A stretch of 64,000 nucleotides of DNA from Podarcis pityusensis (taxonomy: Eukaryota), in the NCBI GenBank assembly GCA_964106645.2, contig OZ067043.1. The stretch is one strand, 5' to 3'. Below, one piece after another: positions 14,196 through 25,910 of this stretch (positions are counted from its first letter, which is position 1; the number at the start of each line of letters is the position of its first letter). The position numbers were made by a program, and so were the translations under genes. Under the pieces are notes generated by a model, which saw nothing but the letters and a program-made list of their open reading frames with translations, was not told where the DNA came from and did not search any database.

Positions 14196-14564
14196 CTATT
14201 GTGAATTCTCTTACAGGGTTGAGGTTTCCCTTGAAAAGGCCCAGGATCTTTTCGTATCCCGTGGATGATAAAAATGCCAGAATCAGTATTTCAGAGCAGG
14301 TTTAAGTATTTTGCTGAACTAAGTTACTGAGATGCTATTTTTGTAGTCTGTTGGGATTTATTAGGATACTTCTCCATGTCCCACTGCTACTACTTTATCT
14401 GGTCATGGAATTAGGTAAATCGGATGAGGCACAGTATCAGAAGTTACTTTTGCTATCTCAGAAATTATATGATATTAGAAAACTCCATGATGGCATTATC
14501 CCAGCTGCTCCAGCTGTGCCATTCATGCTATATGAGACCTGCACAGACCAAGAACCAATGGAGC

Positions 14565-14703
14565 AGCCCTCCCAAAACTGATGCCCTCAAGATGTTTTGG
14601 ATTACAATTCCCATAATCCTCCTGCCCATTGGCCATGCTGGCTCGGAATGAGGGGAGCTATAGTCAAACAACATATGGAGGGTGCCAGATTAGAGAATGT
14701 TGC
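14565..14703. mobile_element. Short palindromic non-autonomous DNA element (hAT-type MITE), decayed
   Basis: ccctcaagatgttttggattacaattcccat ... gggagctatagtcaaacaacatatggaggg forms an imperfect inverted repeat. Same family as 39150-39270 and the partial copy at 26902-26950. Confidence 0.65.
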
Positions 14704-16137
14704 AGTTGAGTGCACTGGATGTGCAAATCCAACACGTCAGTACTGTAGTAACTGTAGAATACAAAGCTGGGAGAACCCACTGTAAATCTATAGCTGGACA
14801 ATACCACATCAGACTGTGAGTGGGAGCTCATTTTATAAACTGCGCTCATATTCACTCATACACACACACACACTACCCAAAGAAATGTAGAATGTCGGGG
14901 AGAAGCCTAGATTTTCCTCTAACTTTCTAAGTGTAGGGATTATCTCCCACCCCCACCCCAGTAAAAAAGCATTCAGCTCCTCACCAGCAGTCTGAATTGG
15001 TATAGTCCAAACGCAGGACTACCACCCCAGCAGCGGTTTGTGCAAAGCAGACCATTGCTGATTAAAAACAGGAAAACTAAGATGTAATGATTACATGAGT
15101 AGTAATGGCTTAAGGCTGCAATCCCCTTGATATTGGAATGTACGTCCGAGAAAATATGCATAAGACCAAGGTCTCATCTACTAGCCTTGAAAACTAATCC
15201 CTCTTCCCAGCTTCCATAGAGTTGTGTAAACATTATCTCCAGAATTACTATTTAACCTCGCAAACAGATTAACATACTTCCCCACCTGCTAATTTATTTG
15301 CCCTCTTCTTCTGAGCATTATTATATTTTCTTCAGCGCAGACTGTCATTAATAGGAAGATATGTAAGAATTCATTTTAAAATACAACAGCCTATGAAGCT
15401 CTCACCAACAAACATGAAGAGTAATTATGTGTGGTTGTTTGAAAACTCAGCCAGGATCCCTTGACGTGTACTTTGATCAGAATCAATGTAGTAATAATTA
15501 GCATGGCCTATTAAGAATAGTTGGAGCATGAGTTTCAGTGGTGAACAACTTTCTGTCACATTTTATTACCCTGTATCATTTTTACTAATAGGTGTATTAT
15601 AGCTTCATGACTTTGAGTTCATATTATTTTCATGCTTCAATTAGTCAGAAGCCTCCAGAATGTTCAGGACTGTAATAGGAATGGCTTTTCAGAGAGTTTT
15701 AATAGTGGAATTTGTTCTTAAGCAACTTTTCCCCAAAAACACGTCTTGAAGCTTTTCTTTTCATCTAATTTTGCACGGCAGTTTCCTAGGCAGTGGTATG
15801 GAGGAAAGCAAGCCTCAATCAAAGGAGAAATACAGTAAATCTCACATATCATCCCATTTAACTCTAGGAAGGTTAACATATTATTTTCTAACCAGTGAAA
15901 AATTAACTGAGCAATGCAGAACTGCATCTATAATTTGACACAATAAAACAGCTCTAGCAGAAATGAAAGCCACCTGAAAATTATCCATGTGTGAGTCACA
16001 AATTAATGAAATGGAGATAATCTTACATTTTCATGTTTAAATGAGTTTTTAAAGAGAGAGCATAGAGTATTGGATATACCAAGGCAATTTTGTATGTTCA
16101 AGTTTTTGAGTGCAATGAGCTATCCCTCCCCCCGACA

Positions 16138-16597
16138 TGTAGGCTTGGGTGGGGCCATTTGGAACTGTAGTCGTATCTGTAACTCCTGTTTACTTCTCTC
16201 TCTTCTGTTTCACAAATGACACTGATTATTCTTCCCTCACGAGGCCCAAACCCCATCATTTTTGTTCAGTCTGGTACATCTAGGGCTCCCATGCAGTTTA
16301 CAAGACCCCTAGTACCACTCTCCACTCTCACACGTCAACCATAACGCTCCCTGCCTCCATCAATCTCATTTATAGCAGCAAATAAGCTGTTGACCCAGCC
16401 CACATGGGAGTTGTTCAGTCTGTATATAGCCCTGTTACCATTTTAAGTTTTGTGATTATCCCATTTTGGAGTCTCAAGCAGCATCAGCATTTTACCTTCT
16501 AATTCTTTTGGTACTTGTTATAATAAACTTTTTTAAAAACCTGAATTGGTATTCAGTGGTCCTTGCTAATTCCCCCTAGTAATAGGACTACGGTACA
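16138..16597 (+). mobile_element. Candidate solo LTR
   Basis: Starts TGTAG and ends CTACG/GTACA; TATA-like tatatag at 16423-16429 followed by AATAAA at 16522-16527. TSD not convincing. Confidence 0.4.
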
Positions 16598-17702
16598 ACT
16601 TCTTCATGACACACTATCTCTCTAGACCCAAGATCTCAAAGTATTACACCTATATAGCGATGTGTTAAAACATAAGGTGTAATCTGAGATATGTGTAGGC
16701 TTGGTAACATCACACTGCCTCTGTGTTCTATGCTGGAGTTTTCTTTTTGGTGAGGTGGCAGCAATATATGCCAGAAGCTTTGCACAAGACAATACAAGGT
16801 CTCAAGGGATCTCCCTTGGGCTACATTAGTCTTCTTCAGCTCTAATCCTCCAATGCACCATGATCACCATGCTCTCAGAGGAGATCAGAAGAAGCCAAAT
16901 GCTTTAGATTTGGATCCTTGCCATTAATGCTACATGGTATCAGCTTTCAGTTTTTTTTCTATTTCTTACCCACAACTCAGACTTACTCCAATGCTTAGCT
17001 ACGACGACACAGAACGGGGTGTGCCATGCAGCTACTGCAATATCCCGTGTCTGCTAAGCAGAGTCATCCAGCCTTCACCCCACACGGCCAATTCTGTTGT
17101 TTTGAGCACTTAGCAGGAAACAAATAAACTAGTATAAACATTATTGGCATGATTAATCGCCACCGTACTAAACGGACAAGTATCACTTAATAATAGCCAT
17201 GCTAGTATGTTCTTCAGAAAGCGGTTTTCAGAAACATTTTATTTTAATGTAGTATTTTTAATAATATATTTTTCAAGATGACAAACACATTCTCTCTTTC
17301 CAGCAGTGAGCAATGATAATATCGGCTCCCTCTGTTCTTTAGTAAATATCTAAGTTTACCACTGCAGAGAGTTAAATGGAATGCTTCTGTGATACTTGAA
17401 CATACATTGTGAAATATAGCATATCTACCCTGCAGACATACCACTAACAGTAACCCCAGGAGGCTTAAAGAAATATCAGCACTCAAATTCACAGAGTAAA
17501 GGTCTGAAGAGGCAGCTCTGTGAACGGATAACTGCCCGCGGCTTTACCAAGCACAATATAGCTGTCAGTTGTTATTATGTTAAAGATTTTCTGGTGAACA
17601 GTGTTTTTCATTTTGCATGTCAGGGAGGGGAGAAAGAGACACATTCAGACAACCATCTCTTTAAGAAAACATAAAAAGAGCTGAGCCTTGTGGCTTACTC
17701 AC

Positions 17703-17742
17703 CAGGGTTGGTTATAGTCAAGAGGTCAAGTTGCCGCTGTTG
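17703..17742 (-). CDS. AGBL4: Internal coding exon of AGBL4 (cytosolic carboxypeptidase 6, CCP6); likely equivalent to the short exon ~6 of the mammalian gene
   Basis: Minus strand reads ccttttatcatttgtttttcag|CAACAGCGGCAACTTGACCTCTTGACTATAACCAACCCTG|gtgagt: polypyrimidine tract plus AG acceptor, GTGAGT donor, 40 nt, phase 0 in and phase 1 out. Translation QQRQLDLLTITNP matches the AGBL4 segment I recall as ...LGQSV-QQRKLDLLTITSP-DNL... Too short for the ORF track. Confidence 0.9.
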
Positions 17743-19109
17743 CTGAAAAACAAATGATAAAAGGAGTTGCTGAAAGATGACTAATTTTCGTAGGTCAGCT
17801 TAGACATGCCAAGCAAGTGTTCTGACATTTGCAATAGAATTAATTATGACTTACATGGCTCAATGTTATTCTTTTGGATGGAAGCCACATGCACCGTGCC
17901 CAGCCCTTTGAATGCCTTCTCTCTTGCAATCTTTTAGAGTGTTGGTAATTAATTTAGTGGTAAAAATGCACATATGCATGTCTGCTTAGATTTAACAACC
18001 TTTGTCAAACCAAGGAAACATTTAACACATCGGCAAAGGCTATTATATGATTTAAAGTGTGGTACTGATGTGCAGGGTTCTGTGGCACAAATTAGCATCC
18101 TTGTTTTTTTATAAAAATAAAACAACACCTTATTTTCACAGTGGAGGAGTAAATGAGATAGAAGTTAATTAAAAGTGAGAGAAAGAGGCCTTGGATAATC
18201 AAGGGCTTTGTTGTTACCACAAATAACTGATCCTGTAACTATCCTTCCAGAAGCTTCATGCCATTGGACACAATATCAGCACTTGCAGGAAAACAATACA
18301 GAGAACCAGGAAGCAGAACTATAAACATTGAGGCCCACTTCATGACCAGAACAGCATTGAAGTTACTTTTGCGTGGCTCCCATTACCATTCTGGCAACAT
18401 ATATCAATCAGTCAGTCAGTCGGTCAGTCACCTTTCACATATACATCTCAAGGCAATGTACAAAACATAATAAACTAAAACAGTAGTGTTTAGTGTTAAG
18501 AAACAATAAAAAACAAACACCAAACAGCAGAGACCTATTCATCCAACTGGGAAAGCTTGGAGGAGAAAAGAGGGCAGGAATTAAGTCACATGGTTCTAGA
18601 GAGGTGTGGAATCCAACCACATGGAAGCTGTTCTCACATCACCTCTGAAAATGTCAGCCCTTGCATTCAGGAAATATATGCACAAATTTTCAGTGAGTAA
18701 AAGCAAGAATTGCTTCAATGCTTTTCTGAGATACAGTTTTCCAAAACTTTGTTAGATGGTTCAGTGAATTTCAGATATCCTACATTCAGGGAACCCTTTC
18801 CACATTGATTCGACAGTCATGGTGCTATGTACTGTTAAAACCTGATAATTGGAGTGGGGCATATTTGTTCTACAGGGCCTCTCGGTTTGCCTTGGCCACC
18901 AGCAAGGCATGGTGGCTTAACTGTTTGGCATCCCTAGCAAATTGACAAACTGCCCTAAAATGTCCCCTACTCCCCCTTGCTGGTGCAAATGTCAGATCAG
19001 GGAGAAATAAGTAATAGTTTGCAAGCCGCCCAGGGTTGTAGGAAGACACTTTGAAGTCCACTGCTCTCTAGTCAAATCACTTGGAAACTTTCCACTGTCT
19101 TCATCTGTA

Positions 19110-19229
19110 GAATAAAAAAATTCCTTCCAGTAGCACCTTAGAGACTTAGTTGGTCTCTAAGGTGCTACTGGAAGGAATTTTTTTATTTTGTTTTGACTAC
19201 AGCAGACCAACACAACTACCTACCTGTAA
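19110..19229 (+). mobile_element. Penelope-like element terminal remnant in inverted (palindromic) configuration
   Basis: Perfect 35-bp inverted repeat 19111-19145 / 19153-19187, followed by gcagaccaacac.actacctacctgtaa, which I recognise as a squamate PLE terminus. Flanked by an 11-bp direct repeat CTTCATCTGTA (19099-19109 / 19230-19240). Confidence 0.75.
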
Positions 19230-19899
19230 CTTCATCTGTATAAGTAAATGAATGTGATCATTTCTTCAAATTGGCATTGGAGCTGTACTGTGATTAGGGA
19301 AAGTAGAAATTCCTACAATATTTTATCCTCTTCCACTAAAATACTGACTAAAATACAGTTTTGATATCTTGGTTAAGAAGCTGCAATATTGGCTTTGCTT
19401 GCATATATTTGATATGAATTCCAAGCATATTTGTATAATTGTGTACTTAAGAGTGCAAATGTCACTGTGATGTGATGATCTACCCACACATCTGAAAGGT
19501 GAGCTTACCTGTCCAAAACCATTTACAGAATTTGTTCAGAATAGGTTGGCTCAGGCGAAACATTATAAAAACAGTACAATGAATTTGAAACATGAGCAGT
19601 CTGGATCTGGAACTCACAGTAGAACAATGAATGAGCTCTGAAAAGATAAGCCTTATTTCTGCAGATCTCACATACATATAGTTTTTTGTTTAAAAAGTTT
19701 TGCAAATCCTCATATTTCTGGTTTGCAGAATCACTAACAAAGGTGTTTAGACTAAGTATGTTCTGAACAAGTTATCTTATAATTATTTTAATCTTTAAGC
19801 ATGTCACTGTGCACTCGTCACCCATCAATGGTAGGTAACTAAATTCTAAGAAAGTACTAGTGCTATTCACATTGACAATTCATTTATTTTGGTGCATCC

Positions 19900-22100
19900 A
19901 GCATTCGTTTGACATTCACTATAGCACAGAGAGTTTTTTTCCCCTTCGTCATTCAAATGTTACAGCCATTTACTTCTTTTTCCTTACACTTCCTAATAGT
20001 TGTTATTCTTCTAAACTCTCTTCGTCCAACATTTGTGTAGCACTGGCATTGCAGAATATACTGTCCACTTTAATTTATCTCTCCTAATCTGCTCAATAAT
20101 GTCTGTGTTGCTTTCATTTATTGTCAGGCCTATTGATCCACTTCTAATCTAATTCTCATCATTACACTGTCTCTATTCTTTTGGTGACACTTGGAAGTCC
20201 TTGAAAATGGAAGCACGCCTGCATGAACACTAAACTGAAAAGTTTGCCTTTCCCAAAATCTTGCTCTTTCAAGGCCTCATCTAAAAGATTGAAACTTATG
20301 TCTGTGCAGTCGAAATGCTGAATGAAATTCATTCGATGGTATATGAACTTTACTGACAGTCAAGTGTGTTTAGTTCCTACTTGCAACTGAACATAAGATA
20401 TAATTCATGTCCATGAAATGGCACTAATGGTGCAAGGTTGGCCATCTCCTGTTTCCTTGGGAGTGTTATTGTACAAGAAGAGCATTGTGGACAACTCTGA
20501 GCATTGGTTTACTTAGGTCAGCCTTTTTCTATGTCTTCCAACAGGTCCCCTCCCACTGCAGGACTCAGGGTTTAAACAATATTTAAACCCAAGATACCTT
20601 GGGGTGGGAGGCCAGATTCATAAGATGCCAAGCTATCTGACTTCTTCTTACAAATACATTCCTAAACCAAAATATACCTATTAAGAAAGAACTGAACTAT
20701 TTTTTAATCATAATGAGTTATATGGGCTACGATATGACACCCCCCAGACTCTTATCATGTGGGAAATTAGGTGGTTGCCTTTAACAAAGGGACATTTTTA
20801 GAACCAAAATAATTCACATTGTATCATATATATTTTTTTATCCTCATTCGATATGAACCAGCATTTAGAACAAAAACTAAAACAAATCTCCTCAACACTT
20901 CAGTTTATCTTTCTACTACCACGGGAGCCACCTTTCTCCAATTGAGCCAGAATGTTGAGCTGTTCTAACCCCTCAGAATATATGAGTTGAACCCATTATA
21001 CAGACACAACCCACCAACGCATGCCATCGAGCACTGTTCATTTCAGTATGGTAGCCAAACTTTTATTAGACTCTAAAACTGTCTTTATTAGATTTGTTGC
21101 TGAATAGTTCTAAATTGCAATTCTAAGCTGACCTTAAAATTTCTTCATCGCTTACTTCTTCACTAACTTTTCCTGACTTAAGACTTTAAACTTTCAGCGT
21201 TCTTTTAACCTTTTATACTGGCATATATTCCCTCTCTTTCTCTCTCTCAGCACTTATTTCTTTTCCTTAGTATTGATGCCCTTGGAGATATTTGCTGACT
21301 TTTTTCTATTTAATTCTAACCTTAATTAACTCAGGGTGAGTTGGAAGAGTGCAAAGAAGGAATTATTTTTTGTGTAAATTAACTAATTCATTTAAGGCTA
21401 GATTATCTGCAAGATGTTCTCCTGCACCACTCTTATTTCTTCTTGGTACATTACCCACCTGTCACTACCCACGTGTAAAGGTACCACAGATTGTTCAGTT
21501 CTTTCCTTTATCATACATTTTGTGAAAAGAAGCCCAGTACAAAGTTACCTAGTGATACTGATACCTAGAACTGTTTCCTCATTAACACCATCATCAAATT
21601 ACGGTACATCTGACTGCAATCAGTTCTTGATCCAGACAAGGAAGTGTGGCATGTTTTCCTCAAAATGTTAAGCTATCAAATGCGGAGAAATTAAGTTCTC
21701 TTGATGAAGTTTCTACATTTTTTCTCTGATTGGATATTCCTTAGTTGGAGTGCCACAACACCCTGCAGTACAATTTGGATATACCCTCTGATCAAGACAA
21801 AAATGCTATTTCTGTTCCTTTTAAAGCAGATAATCTGATAATTAAAAACATAAAATGTTATCACACTCAAGCACTAAATAATAAATTCTTTCAACTAACC
21901 CCTCCAACAGATCTTTATACAGCACAATCTCATACTTCCTTTGCCCTCTATTATTAGTTGCAAATGTATCACTGGATCATGATAAAATGTGCCACTCATC
22001 TTGTTGACACTTGGCAGGGATCTTAGTAAAACTCAACTACCCACGCCTATTACTTTGTGTGGATTTTATTATCAATAATGCAGGTGTGTAGGTGGACTCC
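19900..22100 (-). mobile_element. Possible very old CR1 LINE remnant (EN to RT region), fragmented
   Basis: Only faint motif echoes on the minus strand: A.V.PIFK-like near 20200-20223 and ..IVLYK / W..HD-like near 21900-22000. Boundaries uncertain. Confidence 0.3.
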
Positions 22101-24659
22101 AATAAAATGTGAACACTCTCTGTAGGAGCTTTTGTGAATTTCCAGAAGCATCTGGTCAGTCATCTTCCTATACACTTTCTATATCTTTGTATTTCCAGTC
22201 GTGGTTCAAAAGCAGAGGCCAATATGAATAATACAAATGAACACATATGGGTAGTTTAATGACTATTGCAAAGGTATGGGGGGGAGTATCATGCATGGAA
22301 ACAAAACTATCCCTATACAATCCTGCTATTTCCATGGTATAATGGCAAAGCTCGCACAAACATGCAATATAAAAGTCAAACTCTACATGTGGCAGAATCC
22401 CAGCTCTTTCTTATTGCTTCCCTTTTGCTGATGCATAAGAAATTGGAGCACAGGGTGAACTCAATGCCTTGCTTGGGAAAGATGTCTTTCCTCAAGGCAA
22501 GGCACTATGGGTGAAGTCACTCCAGAGTGTGCATTCACCACTGTCACTTTGCCATGATGGCAGCAAATACTGTTTAAAGTTACTTTAAGTTTAAAATGCA
22601 AAGATACATAAAGCAGTACTATTTGTTTGTTTGTTTGTTTAAGTATTTATATAGCACTATCCATAAAATATTTCAGAGTGGTTTGAAGCAATCATACATA
22701 AAGCCATACAACAAAAACCATACAAAAATGTTAAAATCAGAGATGAACTAGCAGACACTTTATAGCATCATTGCAATATGGCGGCAGCATAGCAGTCTCT
22801 GGTGTGACCTCATCGACAATGCATCACTCTGAGGAAGGGCTGTGCACTCAGAGAAGTGCATAAGATAGACTCCCCAGAGAGGATTGGGTTGTTGGCAGCA
22901 GCAACAGTGGGTAGGTAGGAGGGAAGAGTGGCAGCTGGGAGGAAGGAAGAATCATTGGTGGCAGTAGTGCCAGTGGCTAGTTGTCCAGCTAGGGTAGTAT
23001 TTGTCCCTGCAGGCAGCAGATAAGAGGTGTATAGCTCACCATCTGAGCCATGTGGCTCAGTGTGGCCGATGACAGGATTAATCCTGATCATAAAGATTCT
23101 TATCACCAATTCCTTAGTGTGTAATATCCATTAGCAAGGTAGAAAGCAATAACTGGGCAATGAATGAGTTTTGGAAGCACATAAAAATGAAAAGATTTCC
23201 TCTTTCTCCCATTCTTTACTTATACTCTGCCTCCATCCCTACTCACACTTGCAAACTTTGCACATCAGAAGGTTGGTCTTAAAGTTGAGCTGAAATTTCT
23301 CAGTCATTTCCCTTTTGCCCACCCCCCAAAAAACCACTTTGCAGATTTTTTCCTGAAAATTCACCACCATTTTTTTTTGGGGGGGGAGGGTGGCAGCCAC
23401 CCCCCCCACAATACCCCAGAAGGATGCTAGACCTAGGGCATTGTGGCAGATGCAAGGGTGTGGTTTGGCTGCCAACATAGCTGGTGCTCCTCCTGCCATT
23501 TATAATGGCAGCAAAAATAGTAGCAACTAAAAAAACTCAGGAACAAATAAGAAGCTGTGCTGCTGCTGCTACTGGTGGGCACCCAAACCCACAAGAAATT
23601 GTTGGATTACTCCCCCCACAAGAGAAATGCCCTCTCCTACTTTTTCTGCCCACAAATACAATAGAACATTTCAAGATGCTATTTCCATATGGCTGTAGTC
23701 TTAGACGTTTTAGTATTCAGGGTTAAAACCAGGGTTGAACCAGTGGATGTGCTAGCATGCCTATGCAACGACTCATCCCCCCAATAAAGTTTTTGTTTAA
23801 AAAAAGGCATTCTAATTTGTGACACAACAGCTTCCATTTGAAGAATGAGATCTTGTTTTTCAGAACAGCCAAACAGCAAAATCAGTGATGTCTCCCCATG
23901 CTCAAAATTTCATCCACTTGCTCAGGGTCGAATGTTGAAAAATAATTTATCACTCTTATCACACAACTTGCATCATTCCTGACTGAAGGGAGTTGGTCCC
24001 ACATCTGAAAGGCCATAGACTCACCATCCATGTATCCATTGTATATGACTACTTTCTTTTCTGGTCAACCCAACAGTAAGGTCAAGATAAAAATAAACAA
24101 CATGGAAGAAATCCAATTTATGAAACCCCTTGGCTGGGACAGCATATCTGAAGTGAGGTCAAACTGGGAATGATTACCATGTTGGAGGCCCTGAATATTC
24201 ACAAGGCACGTTTTTCAAGCAATAATAGTAATTTTGGACATTTTGTGGAATATGGAGCTGTGATAATCTGATTTATCTCATAAGCACATTAAGAGAAAAC
24301 TCTTCAGTGTTTTTTTCTCTTGAGAGCAGTAGCAAATGTTTAAAGGCTTCCTCTGCTGTGATGACCCTGAACTGGAGGAATATGGTGACTTACTACTTGT
24401 TAAGAGCACGGGAAAACACTTAAATCGATTCCAATATGACAAATTAGAAATCAGTTCAGTGAAAAGTGTTGAAACGTATCAGGTGCTACAAGATCAATTC
24501 AAGAAGAAAGATTAAAATAGCTGAAGAAGTACAGGTTGGCAAAGAAATGATTAAGGGAATAGGAAATCATAAAAGCAGACTTCTCAAATCTGAATGGTAC
24601 TTACTCCCCCAAGGAAGACTGGGGGGTTTTTTTAGTTCAGACATAAATGCACAGTCCTA

Positions 24660-24800
24660 CAAGTCCACTACCAGGAATAATGGATGGAGTTTAAATGAAA
24701 AGAAATATCACTATCAAATTCAACACTTTCTTTCTCAGACAGGCAGTACAGAGCAAGAAACTGTGCTCTTAAGGCTTTGAAAGCCACACTTCTTTTAATG
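24660..24800 (+). mobile_element. Possible old CR1 ORF2 C-terminal fragment
   Basis: TRNNGWSLNEKKY...HFL resembles CR1 TRxNGxKLxxxRFxLxxRKxFL. Confidence 0.35.
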
Positions 24801-25339
24801 ATTCTTGCTACATGATTAAATATGTACTGTGAGGCCATTCCTGCTTTATCAAGGGAAAGAAAACCTGACTATACCCTGTAACCTCTGTGGTTTAGTAATC
24901 CTGACTCTCATTTTATTCATTTAGAGTAGGATAGTGGTCCAGTTATTCAGAAAACAAAATGTTTGGAAAACTGGTGAGTATGATTGCATCATTCAATATT
25001 TGAAAATATTAAACTGGGGTTGTAATTGCATTTAAACTGATGCATTATCTTGGGAAAGACTATTTCATGCTGATGATAATGTAGAAGGTAAGGTTTCTAC
25101 ATCTCTTGCATTACAGAGTTGGCACAGTCTGGAGAAGGCTAATGAACTCCCACTGATATTGGGGGGAAAGACACTGTTACAATACAATCCCATGTATATC
25201 TATTCAGAAGCAAGCTTCATTGATTACAACAGAGTTTACTCCCAGGTATGTGCCACAGGTATAGGACTGCCGCCCTAAGCACAGATGTTTTCAAGAGGAC
25301 TAAGCACACTCCTGTCATGAGATTGGACCTAGGCACAGG

Positions 25340-25484
25340 TAGTGCTTTTTTTCTAGAAAAAAAATAGGTGCCAGTAAGTCACCATGAAATTGTTACAGTA
25401 AGTGCCACACTTTTTAACAACAACAACAACAACAAAGAGGTGCCAGTACTGCGTGCCCTTAGTACCCCCTGGAAAAAAGCACTG
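25340..25484. mobile_element. hAT-type MITE
   Basis: TIRs (T)AGTGCTTTTTT.C / GGAAAAAAGCACTG; 8-bp flanks GGCACAGG / GGCATGGG (6 of 8 match); internal (AAC)n. Confidence 0.75.
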
Positions 25485-25492
25485 GGCATGGG

Positions 25493-25910
25493 CAAATGTG
25501 TAGTTTCTGTCTCTCTGTTTCTCATTTTTCCAATCTAAAGTTCAGCTCTCCACACTACCTCATCAGTTTGTAAATAAAAATAAAAATTGAAGTCTTGAAA
25601 ATTCACCAGCATTTTAATGTGATTTTCTCCTAACACATGCTTGTATGCAATTTTATCTATCCTGCAGAACAATTTCTCCTACATTGCCCATTTTTGTATG
25701 CTATTTTTTTACTAGCATATGCAGCTTATGTACAGTTTCCCCTAGTATATGCATTTCATACACATTATTTCCCTAGAGAATGGTATTGCTAAATTTGGAT
25801 AAATGTGAATGTTGAAGGATGGATAGGTTTCAGCCCTCATCTTGTTTTGAAAAGTGAAAATTGGGTAGGTTCACCTTTAAATATGAACTAAATTGAATTT
25901 CAGTTCCCCA
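25493..25910 (+). mobile_element. Old non-autonomous DNA element (host of the 25340 MITE); a related copy lies in the opposite orientation at ~42200-42375
   Basis: tttctcatttttccaatctaaagttcag..ccacac..catcagtttg here is the reverse complement of caaactgatgtgg..aactgaatttaagattgggaaaacaagaaa at 42290-42345. Confidence 0.55.

Larger units (their letters stand above)
1..17702 (-). other. AGBL4: AGBL4 intron downstream of the 40-nt exon (continues beyond the window)
   Basis: Inferred from the exon donor at 17697-17702. The next expected exon (..KVVFITGRVHPGE..) was not found in the window. Confidence 0.7.

Noticed and set aside
1-17702. BEND5 exons expected in this AGBL4 intron
   Set aside because: No BEND5-like peptide or CpG-island promoter seen; probably outside the window.
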